A stretch of DNA of 17,500 nt from Fidelibacterota bacterium (GCA_046861645.1 JBHHUM010000043.1:1-17500); one strand, 5' to 3'; shown: positions 1 to 8,049, numbered from the stretch's first letter. Numbers and translations are program-made. Notes: a model not told the origin generated them from the letters alone.

Positions 1-63
1 GCCTGCCCGCCCTCATTCTTCGGGAGCCAGCCTGCCCCCGACCAGTCGGAAGGGCAGGCGGGC
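1..63. repeat. GC-rich REP-like palindromic element (may be truncated at window edge)
   Basis: GCCTGCCC (1-8 and 29-36) can pair with GGGCAGGC (52-59), with an inner CCGAC..GTCGG stem. Similar CCTGCC/CCCGCC hairpins occur at ~10222-10254 and ~10499-10514. Confidence 0.55.
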
Positions 64-148
64 GTCCCGGGGAAATTCGGTGGTTATCTCAATTATCATT
101 AAATAATTGACCTTATATTCGGGGGAACTTCAGTAATGAGTTTTCACC

Positions 149-176
149 TTGAAATTCATCCCCAGCGAAGTAAATT
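149..176 (+). promoter_or_regulatory. Putative sigma70-type promoter of the BI-1/YccA gene
   Basis: TTGAAA-16 bp-TAAATT upstream of the ATG at 202. Confidence 0.4.
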
Positions 177-201
177 TCCGCTAGCTTCATTCAGATATTC
201 T

Positions 202-939
202 ATGGCTCAGCACTTAGCACTCAGATCAGGCAATCCGGCACTTACCTCCAAGATCTTTCTGGATCTCGGCCGGACCGACCCAGCCAATGCCATGACCATT
301 CAGGGAACCGTGAACAAGACCGGCCTCTCCTTACTGCTCCTGATGGCTGCCGCTACACTTACATGGAACAGTCCACAATCGAATGGGCTGATGGTGGCGG
401 GATTAATTGGGGGCTTCATCACAGCTCTCATTACGATCTTCAAGAAGACTGCCGCTCCTTATACAGTGCCTATCTATTCCGTGCTGGAAGGACTTTTCCT
501 TGGCGGAATTTCCCGTCTTTTCGAAACCATGTATCCCGGCATTGTCCAACAGGCCGTCTTTCTAACCTTCGGGACACTGGGAGCACTTCTGCTGGCTTAT
601 CGCTCAGGCCTGATCAAGGCAACGGAAAACTTTAAGCTGGGCATTACGGCCGCTACGGGAGGCATTTTCTTTGTCTACCTGATCAGTTTCATTCTGGGAT
701 TTTTCGGTATCCAGTTCCCCATGATACACTCCAGTGGGCCCATGGGAATATTATTCAGTGCCTTTGTTGTCGTCATTGCAGCACTGAATCTAGTGCTGGA
801 TTTCGACTTCATCGAGGAAGGCGCTGAAAACGGGGCACCTCAATATATGGAGTGGTATGGTGCCTTTGGACTGATGGTTACACTGATATGGCTTTATCTT
901 GAAATTTTGAGATTATTGGCTAAACTTAGGGAGCGCTAA
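202..939 (+). CDS. Bax inhibitor-1/YccA family membrane protein
   Basis: Motifs RSGNPAL, MTIQGTVNKT, LNLVLDFDFIE and EWYGAFGLMVTLIWLYLEILRLL, with about 7 TM segments. The ATG at 202 is preferred over 136 because the family N-terminus starts there and a promoter-like sequence lies at 149-176. Confidence 0.92.
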   Translation: MAQHLALRSGNPALTSKIFLDLGRTDPANAMTIQGTVNKTGLSLLLLMAAATLTWNSPQSNGLMVAGLIGGFITALITIFKKTAAPYTVPIYSVLEGLFLGGISRLFETMYPGIVQQAVFLTFGTLGALLLAYRSGLIKATENFKLGITAATGGIFFVYLISFILGFFGIQFPMIHSSGPMGILFSAFVVVIAALNLVLDFDFIEEGAENGAPQYMEWYGAFGLMVTLIWLYLEILRLLAKLRER

Positions 940-946
940 AAACTCT

Positions 947-1300
947 ATGAGAGCGATAAAGACACTTCTACTAACTTCAATCGCTATTCTTCTTCTGGTA
1001 GGATGCCAGGATAACCCCGAGCGACATTTCGAATTAGGGAACTGGTACTACGAGAAAGGGCTGTACGACGACGCCATCTTGGAATACCGCGATGTAGTCC
1101 GGATGATGTCATCCCATCCTGCCTCTCTACCCCGGGAGGAGTTGAATATACTCGCCAAGGCGCACTACAATCTCGCTGTCAGCTATGTTCAGAAGGAATG
1201 GTACAAAGAAGCGCGCCGGGAGGCAGAGACGGCATTCTCTCTCTGGCCGTCAGATGACAATCGAGCTTTGATAGTAAAAATACAAGAACGTCAACAGTAG
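947..1300 (+). CDS. Tetratricopeptide-repeat lipoprotein
   Basis: Lipobox LVGC after a hydrophobic signal. TPR-like helices HFELGNWYYEKGLYDDAILEY and AHYNLAVSYVQKEWYKEA. Confidence 0.85.
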   Translation: MRAIKTLLLTSIAILLLVGCQDNPERHFELGNWYYEKGLYDDAILEYRDVVRMMSSHPASLPREELNILAKAHYNLAVSYVQKEWYKEARREAETAFSLWPSDDNRALIVKIQERQQ

Positions 1301-1327
1301 CGCTTCGTCTACACTGAGCAAGAAATA

Positions 1328-1356
1328 AAAACCCGGGACAGCCCGGGTTTTCTTTT
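1328..1356. terminator. Bidirectional intrinsic terminator
   Basis: AAAACCCGGG-ACAG-CCCGGGTTTT flanked by A and T runs, between convergent genes. Confidence 0.85.
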
Positions 1357-1375
1357 GTCCTGTCCTGTCTGGTGT

Positions 1376-2155
1376 TTACATCCCGGAGCGGTGCTCGCCC
1401 CCATCAGTATAGACAATGGAACAGTTGATGAAATCGGCTTCCGGCTGCAACATTAGATAGACAACGTTGGCCACATCCTCAGGCTGAGTGGTACGTTTCA
1501 TGGGGTTCCGTTTCTTCGTCCGTTCCACCCACTCTTCCCACCGGTCGGTGATTTTGGTGAGGGCTCGAGTAGGCGTTACACCCGCTTGAATGCAATTGGC
1601 AGTGATCCCAAATTGCCCCAACTCCCAGCCGATCTGACGGGTGATACTCTCCAGGGTCACCTTAGCCACACTTACGGGACCGTACCCTTCCATGGCCACG
1701 TAGTTCCCTTCGGAAGTCAGTCCAAGAATGCGGGAGCCCTTTCCTAATAATTCAGCATCGTACAACTTCTGCACCCAGTAAAGGATCGACGTCCCCATAA
1801 CGTGAATCGTCATCTCCATCTGTTTCTGAGTCACCGGTTTCTCGCCGAAAAAGTTGGTAGTCGTCCCGAAGGCAATGGAGTGCAATAAAAGTTTCAACAG
1901 CTCTCCTCCCGTTATATCCTTGATTTTGGGGATATACTCATCCATCACTTCCGGCGAGGCGGCGTTGGTGTTGAAAAAGTGACACCGACCACCAGTAATA
2001 CCTTTCAGCTCCGTACAGAAAGCTTCCGCTTCTCTTTTGATATCACCCCGGTCGAAATGAAAACCAATAATCCCATAACCATTCTCGGCCAGTTTTCGTG
2101 TTGTGGCGCCACCATGTCCGGTGGAACATCCAAGAATCAAAACCCACTCTTTCAT
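1376..2155 (-). CDS. SDR oxidoreductase, FabL/FabI-like enoyl-ACP reductase
   Basis: Rossmann motif LGCSTGHG, LLHSIAF, the Y-x6-K catalytic motif YGPVSVAK typical of enoyl-ACP reductases, and NPMKR...DGG. An RBS GGGAG lies upstream. Confidence 0.8.
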   Translation of the reverse strand: MKEWVLILGCSTGHGGATTRKLAENGYGIIGFHFDRGDIKREAEAFCTELKGITGGRCHFFNTNAASPEVMDEYIPKIKDITGGELLKLLLHSIAFGTTTNFFGEKPVTQKQMEMTIHVMGTSILYWVQKLYDAELLGKGSRILGLTSEGNYVAMEGYGPVSVAKVTLESITRQIGWELGQFGITANCIQAGVTPTRALTKITDRWEEWVERTKKRNPMKRTTQPEDVANVVYLMLQPEADFINCSIVYTDGGEHRSGM

Positions 2156-2290
2156 AAGAAACTCCCTTTCTTAAACTGATTAATTCTTAAGCTTCGTTAA
2201 TTGGTTAGTAATGGATTGAATTTAGTATGTTTTGTTCTTCCTTTTAGATGAATTTATCGCAAAATATTTCGTGCACAAAGGTTTGGCGTG

Positions 2291-2487
2291 TTGGTGAGTG
2301 GTCCGTCTACTCCCCGCGTAAGTGGGATACCTGTCTGCGCTGTCGCTTCCTGTTCGTCGTAAGTAAGGAGACTGACGACAGACAGGCGATGGATAGATTT
2401 GTGGCAGCTGGTGAATGCCGTGCTCGTAGCGTAAACGAGGGGTAACTCCGACCTACGGTACGGGACTTCGCTACGCTTAGCTGGTGA
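2291..2487. repeat. Cluster of palindromic REP/MITE-like elements at the left edge of the AT-rich block
   Basis: CCCGC-GTAA-GTGGG (2313-2326); CCTGTCTG...CAGACAGG (2330-2386); CGTAGCG...CGCTACG (2425-2475); direct repeat AGCTGGTGA at 2406-2414 and 2479-2487. Confidence 0.55.
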
Positions 2488-2613
2488 GTTGAATGTATTT
2501 TTGAATTAGAGTAATGCTTATCTTCGTGTGGAATCTATAGATAAGCTGTTGTGGTGTTTTTAATAACGAAGTTTAGTGAGTTAAAGTGTTATCGGAAATA
2601 AACGGCAGGGCGA

Positions 2614-2653
2614 GTCAGCGCGTGCGCCGGCACTTGAATGCCAGCGCACTGAC
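2614..2653 (-). terminator. Strong hairpin downstream of the S8 gene (terminator or stability hairpin)
   Basis: Minus strand GTGCGCTGGCA-TTCAAG-TGCCGGCGCAC, an 11-bp stem with one G-U pair, about 35 nt after the stop. There is no immediately adjacent U-tract. Confidence 0.45.
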
Positions 2654-2686
2654 ACATTTGAATACATTACCAAAGACTATTACAAA

Positions 2687-5113
2687 TTAACGTAATAAGA
2701 CCATCTTACGGGTTTGATGATATGACATCTCTTCACTCTTGGCTACGAAAGTAGCCAGATAGAAGCCCGATGAAACAGGTATCCCTATAGAGTTTTCGCC
2801 ATCCCATACAATCATATGGCTTCCTGATTGCATGATATAGCGCGTAGTAGACCAGACCTCACGCCCCAGCAAGTTGTATATAGTGACCGATACCGTAGCC
2901 GACGCAGGTAGATCAAAAATGAACTTAGTAGATGGATTAAACGGATTAGGGTAAGTAGACAGGCTAAATGACTTTGGTACTGTTGGATGGTCATCCTTAG
3001 AATCGATGACAAGTTTATTACCAGCAGGATCAACAGCTATCCCCGCCGAGAACTTAAGCGGAGGTACAGCTAATATAGTACTACCCTTAATCTCGGCTAA
3101 CGGACTCCCAACCGCTACGGTAGCCATCATTACTGATCCGGGTTCTATTACACTACCGTCTGCGTTATAGAGTATGAGAACTACCGTATCCTGACGCACT
3201 CTGCTCACGATACCGGAATCAATAAGTTGATCTACCTCGACAACACTGTCACTAGCAGCACAAACCAGCTCCATATGGACTGGCCTAAGGGGAATTTGTG
3301 TCTCCAACACTATATCCACGAACTGAGTTGAAGCTGCGTTGCTCAATTCATCATCCTTGTTTGACGACTGCAAAACTACCCTCAGCGTAGGATCTAATAT
3401 ATCAGATACAGTCTTGTGAACCGTACTTGCTTGATCAGGAATACGTTTACCTTGAATTAGGTCAACCATAATATCCACATCAGTGTTATCAATAACACCA
3501 TCCCTGTTCATATCAGCCGCCCATTCCTCGTACAGATTGAACTCTCTCTCCATTAATATATTGAATTGTAAGTACGATGTCGAATACGTCTATAATGCCA
3601 TCAGTGTTGACATCACCCAAAGCACCATTGCAATGTATGAGGGGTTGCAGAGGAAGGGTTTGTGGAATCCAATCAAGAACCGCTTGGCCGATAGAATTGT
3701 AAACAAGATAATAATAGAACGTAGTCAGATGTGTATTCGCGCCATTGATATCTATATCAAGATATGGCTCACAATCGTTGGGGTTGGCCTCTGAATAACC
3801 TGTAATATCATCAGGACCGTAGCCCAAAAGCCAACCTGAAGGGACATCAAATGCCGATGTGGGTACATCAATTTCATACTTCCAAACATCAGAAAAATAC
3901 ATACCGTCAGCGTATGGATCAGGCATATTAATGAATGTTCGCGGTACTTCACTATCTTCTAACGAATAGTTAGACCATGAAATAGTTACCATGTTTGTAT
4001 TAAAATATGGTTTTAATTCGGCAATCCTGAGGGCATCGTAGACATTTACCAATCCGACACCATCCCAATGACTATCAACCCTAAGGTCAATAGCTGTACC
4101 CTTTAGAATATTGACTACATCTGTATTAGTCAAATCCGGATTTACGGCCAGCATCAGCGCTGCAATCCCAGAGACCTGAGGAGCTGCTGCAGAAGTTCCC
4201 CCAAAATCGAAAGTATAATCAGGTTCAGGATCACTATTGTTACTGTAGCCCAAATCGCCCATACGATCCATAGTCACGATACCGCCACTGCCACTACCCT
4301 GTCTTGTTGGTGCAACCAGATCTATGCGGGGGTCATCTGCGGAACCCGTGTATTTATTGCAATTGTGATCCATGCCTCCCACGGCAATAACACCCGGAAC
4401 AGTCACAGGGAACATAACAAATCCAAAATTCCCGACAGCAAAGACCACCACACATCCCAGACCGTTACGGCCTTCTGTCATCGCTTCGGATAACGCATCA
4501 GCAATATCTGAGCTCCAGTAGTTTTCTTCATTATACCCCCAGCTATTGTTCAGGACATCAGCCCCTCCTGCATAGCAAGGTCTAACGGGTTGTCCTGTGT
4601 CAGCTCCAGCAGTGTAAAGATACACCTTCGGCTGGTAGCGTTACCATCTGTAAGAACCCTGCCATAGCCTGACGCGAAGGCATCAATATCCCGGTCAGAA
4701 GTACCGGGAACAAATTTTACGACGATCCTATCAGTCAGCAAAAACTCAGATTCAGAATCCAAATCAGATTGGAGATGATACACAGTTATCCATCGAATGG
4801 GTGTAAAGTGTCTTTCGATTTCATCTTCTATTCTACGCCAATCAATTCTGGGGTCACGCTCCAGCACGTAAAGATCACTGTTGGGCAGAACCTGTTTGTA
4901 ATAATCCACACTGGGTATCCTTTCCACTATTCCCTGAAGATCTTGTTTCGTAATACCGGATGGGACTTGTATTATTCTGCGGTCAGGATGCTCAAATAGA
5001 TTCATCTCGTGTCCGTCTGTTCGATAAACAACTTGAGTTGCAAATAGTGAACTGGTGAATAAAATAAACCAGATTAAATTTCTGCACGTGAACTTCAAAT
5101 AGCTATTAGTCAT
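2687..5113 (-). pseudogene. Secreted S8 (subtilisin-like) serine peptidase with dockerin, cohesin-like and FlgD/T9SS-type C-terminal domains; split in three frames and internally deleted
   Basis: Frame 1 (ATG 5113, RBS AGGAG) gives a signal peptide and propeptide TDRIVVKF. Frame 2 gives ADVLNNSWG, VFAVGN, the catalytic Ser motif FGGTSAAAPQVSG and a first dockerin half GDVNTDGIIDVFD. Frame 3 gives the second half ADMNRDGVIDNTD and YPNPFNP...IYNLLGREV...WDG...KMVLLR. The catalytic Asp and His motifs are absent. Confidence 0.8.
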
Positions 5114-5251
5114 GATGCTTCTCCTTTTATTTTTATTCCTTTTCTTGCTCTTTGCATTTTCCATTTCAAGGAACTGCGAAATGAAGGAAATAAACACTTC
5201 TGTTTGCAGCGTTCATTTACTGGTAGCATAAACCTGTTTCCAGCCACTACC

Positions 5252-5293
5252 AATAGGGTCACTACCCTATTATGACGTGGGAGAACACCCTAT
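5252..5293. promoter_or_regulatory. Tandem palindromic boxes, candidate NarL/LuxR-type binding sites upstream of the S8 gene
   Basis: Perfect AATAGGGT-CACT-ACCCTATT (5252-5271). A second GGG-N5-ACCCTAT (5279-5293) is offset by 23 bp. Confidence 0.5.
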
Positions 5294-5408
5294 ATGGGGT
5301 GATGCTTTGTTGCGGTTTTAAAGGAAAACTCTTTCTAAGAAAGGAAAATCAGCAGGCCTGACTTGTGCCTAAATGGAGTATTAGAAAAATTTTTTTACAG
5401 AACTTGAG

Positions 5409-6632
5409 TTACTGTGGTCTCTCTCCTTTTGTCATGCTCAAAGCATAGTTACTCAAGTGGTGTGGCATCCTTATTGCCTCAAGGAGTTCCTTAGATTCCA
5501 GATCGACTTTGAAGATTCTTTTATAGATGTCCACATTACTATTTTCCCAGCATTTGTTCCAACCTCCAGAAATTATCCCTGTCCGGTTATCTGACAGCAC
5601 AACCATACGTTCAGACGTTAGTAGACCAGGAATGCAGTCAGGGTTCAGGTCAGCAATGGAAATGTAGGGGACTATCTCCCGGCACAATACATCATATCTC
5701 CAGAGCCAGCCGTTGATCGGGGTATCAGTAAAAATAAGCGCCTCGCCAGGGTCCGTAAAGTAAACATGTCGCCCATCAGGTGATACCGCCAAATCATGCC
5801 ACGTATTTGTAGATGTTGAGTAAAGAACCTCTCCATACTCGGTATCAATATTATAGAAGTATCCAACTCCAAAACCATTGGAACAACGCATGAACAGGTG
5901 CTTATCATCGGGTGACACAACAAACGACCAAGAGTAGCCCCAATAAAAGGCAGCCATCAATTCTTCAGTATTATACGGTTCGAGCCAGATCCATACCTTT
6001 TCAACATAATCGTATGCACCCACCCTTATGGTAATAGTGCCATCAGGAAGTCTGTACCGACCTACACCATAAACAACGGTTCTGATTGGTGAAGAGACAA
6101 TTCTTCTCAACTCCATGGTTGTGTCCTGATGAACTACCTCTCTTGTTTGCGTGTCAACCATCCTCAAGTCGTAAGTTTGATCGTTATTCAAGAACAGAAA
6201 CTCACCATCCAAGCTGATATCAAAATCTACAAATCTGTCGTACGGTTCTACTGCTGCAACTGATTTGGTGATTCCATCAACATACCAAATTTCTTGTTGG
6301 TAGATATATGGTTCAGGCTCGTTGTAGGTGTGTATATACCACGTAGCAAAGTCAGGAGAGAACACTGTACTTGCAGGTGTATATGGTGTCTTGAAACTAT
6401 CAATAAATGTGAACTCATAGGGATCCAGAACATACACTCCAACGGTGTTATGGTCTCCATCCAAGGACATATATACTACTTCGTCTCCATGTGTTGTGTC
6501 GTAGCCCGTGGAATCGAAAGTTGTGCTATCACAGGGAGTCGTATCGTCTTGGGTGATAGAGTCTTTACAACCCGTAGTAAAGACGGAAATTATGATGCAT
6601 ACAACAATTATTAATACGCAGATCCTTTTCAT
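5409..6632 (-). CDS. YncE/YVTN-like beta-propeller lipoprotein
   Basis: Hydrophobic signal ending TTGC, a D/T/S-rich linker, and blade motifs VFSPDF, ISLDGEFLF, VVSPDDKHLF, LAVSPDGRHVY and VLSDNRTG. Confidence 0.75.
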   Translation of the reverse strand: MKRICVLIIVVCIIISVFTTGCKDSITQDDTTPCDSTTFDSTGYDTTHGDEVVYMSLDGDHNTVGVYVLDPYEFTFIDSFKTPYTPASTVFSPDFATWYIHTYNEPEPYIYQQEIWYVDGITKSVAAVEPYDRFVDFDISLDGEFLFLNNDQTYDLRMVDTQTREVVHQDTTMELRRIVSSPIRTVVYGVGRYRLPDGTITIRVGAYDYVEKVWIWLEPYNTEELMAAFYWGYSWSFVVSPDDKHLFMRCSNGFGVGYFYNIDTEYGEVLYSTSTNTWHDLAVSPDGRHVYFTDPGEALIFTDTPINGWLWRYDVLCREIVPYISIADLNPDCIPGLLTSERMVVLSDNRTGIISGGWNKCWENSNVDIYKRIFKVDLESKELLEAIRMPHHLSNYALSMTKGERPQ

Positions 6633-6806
6633 GTTTACCGGCTAATAAATATAAGGCTGTATGTTAATGTTGTTCCGCCCAAATTAATAAACAGTTCATA
6701 AAATTACCTTAACAGGTACTCGGTTGTCCTTTGCCGTAGGTACGATCCCATCCAAGACTCTCCCAGAGTCGGCAGGATAAGGACGAAAGAATAGAACATT
6801 GAGGTA

Positions 6807-7505
6807 TTAATATCCTTCGACCGTAATCAGACCTTCTCTTATAGCGTAGCGTGTTAACCCCGCTACGTGGTGTATGCCCAACTTACGCATAATGTTTTGT
6901 CGATGATTATCTACTGCTTTCATGCTGATAAATAACTCCTCAGCAATTCTCTTGGTGGTGTATCCCCTGGCAATGAGCAGAATAATTTGCTCTTCCCTGG
7001 TCGTCAACACAGAACCATTCAAAGATGGGTTCGCAGTTTCTAAAGCTCTGTATACTTGTTGATAATTGTTCAGTAATACCCTTGATACTGACGGACTCAG
7101 GAAAGCATTCCCTAAATAAACCTGCCGAACAGCTTTGATCAGGTGCTTTGTCCCAGCCTGCTCATCCAAAAGTCCTGAGGCGCCAGCATGAATAACATCA
7201 GTCTTACGATCCTGGTAAGATTTGGCATGAAGGACAATAACCTTCGACTCAGGAAAGTGCTCCATGATATCTCGCGTTGTTTGTATACCATCTGAAGGTG
7301 GCATGGCGATGTCTAAGAGGATAACATCAGGTTTCTGATTTCGGCACATTGAAATAATTTTGCTACTATTTTCAGCTCCGCCCACCACGGTAATGTCAGA
7401 GTTACTTTCCAGCAACGTCCGAAGCCCAGCCCGAACAATTCTACTAGGATGGCCGACTACAATCGTAATGGCACTTGTATTGCCTCTATGTCTCCTATAG
7501 TCCAT
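6807..7505 (-). CDS. NarL/FixJ (LuxR-HTH) family response regulator with a degenerate receiver domain
   Basis: Receiver segment PDVILLDIAMP. LuxR HTH LTTREEQIILLIARGYTTKRIAEELFISMKAVDNHRQNIMRKLG. Confidence 0.9.
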   Translation of the reverse strand: MDYRRHRGNTSAITIVVGHPSRIVRAGLRTLLESNSDITVVGGAENSSKIISMCRNQKPDVILLDIAMPPSDGIQTTRDIMEHFPESKVIVLHAKSYQDRKTDVIHAGASGLLDEQAGTKHLIKAVRQVYLGNAFLSPSVSRVLLNNYQQVYRALETANPSLNGSVLTTREEQIILLIARGYTTKRIAEELFISMKAVDNHRQNIMRKLGIHHVAGLTRYAIREGLITVEGY

Positions 7506-7631
7506 TTATATTTTAATAAACGAGAAAAACATACTTTGGCCTTCAATAGCACCACTTTGTAAACAAGCCACACCATAATAAAGGAACAAAGTGGAAACAG
7601 GTAGAAAAACTGTAAGATATTTAAACTGCAT
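7506..7631 (-). CDS. Possible 41-aa hydrophobic small ORF directly upstream of the regulator
   Basis: MQFKYLTVFLPVSTLFLYYGVACLQSGAIEGQSMFFSFIKI*. GGGAG lies upstream, and its TAA abuts the regulator ATG in the same frame. Confidence 0.25.
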   Translation of the reverse strand: MQFKYLTVFLPVSTLFLYYGVACLQSGAIEGQSMFFSFIKI

Positions 7632-7656
7632 TCCTTCGATACTCCCTACGTATTCT

Positions 7657-7693
7657 AATTTAATATATACTCCCCCCCCCATGACAAAATCAA
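7657..7693 (-). promoter_or_regulatory. Putative promoter with a G9 homopolymer in the -35/-10 spacer
   Basis: Minus strand TTGATT TTGTCA T GGGGGGGGG AG TATATATTAAATT. C9 occupies 7672-7680 on the plus strand. Confidence 0.4.
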
Positions 7694-7891
7694 TACTTTT
7701 CTCACCATCACTACATATAATGTCATGTTAATCACAGCACTACTTAAGAATAGGAGTGCTGGTATGTTGTTAGGCTACTGTCATATTAATTAGTGTTGTA
7801 CAAAAGATTGGAGAACTATAGTAAATGGATATAAGGGAAAACTTCACTCTTTCTCATGTATAAAAACTAAGTGTTTGTAAGCATAACAGCT

Positions 7892-7947
7892 CGTCCAACG
7901 TTGAACGTCTAATGTCTGTCGTCAATCATCTAACGTTCAAAATCCAG
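7892..7947. repeat. Degenerate 7-bp tandem repeat (8 units) with internal inverted repeat
   Basis: CGTCCAA CGTTGAA CGTCTAA TGTCTGT CGTCAAT CATCTAA CGTTCAA AATCCAG. TTGAACGT (7901-7908) pairs with ACGTTCAA (7933-7940). Confidence 0.65.
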
Positions 7948-8049
7948 TGAAAATTACACCCTACTTCCCGCATGGAAACAATGGGGCTAAGTATTAACTT
8001 CCACTTCGTCTAATCAAAGAATTCGCACAAATTATTTAAGGAGCCCATA

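Noticed and set aside
962..981. 17/19-nt similarity to the start of the GyrI lipoprotein gene (~15863-15881), both encoding LLLTSI
   Set aside because: A short, low-complexity signal-peptide match that is plausibly convergent.
2372..2400. CTGACGA resembling the hammerhead ribozyme core
   Set aside because: No correctly placed GAAA or stem II follows it.
2248..2445. 65-aa ORF (likewise the 88-aa ORF at 10356-10622)
   Set aside because: Both run through palindromic repeats and show no recognisable motif.
2291..2487. TGGTG motifs (CACCA on the minus strand) as tRNA 3' ends or att sites
   Set aside because: No T-loop (GTTCRA) or cloverleaf is present.
2600..2690. Hairpin after the S8 gene as an integron attC site
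   Set aside because: No convincing RYYYAAC/GTTRRRY ends, no second cassette and no integrase.
4550..4552. TGA in the S8 gene as a selenocysteine or readthrough codon
   Set aside because: The homologous sequence continues in a different frame, so readthrough would not restore it.
2250..7950. Prophage or integrative element with att repeats
   Set aside because: No mobility genes and no direct repeat matching both ends was found by eye.
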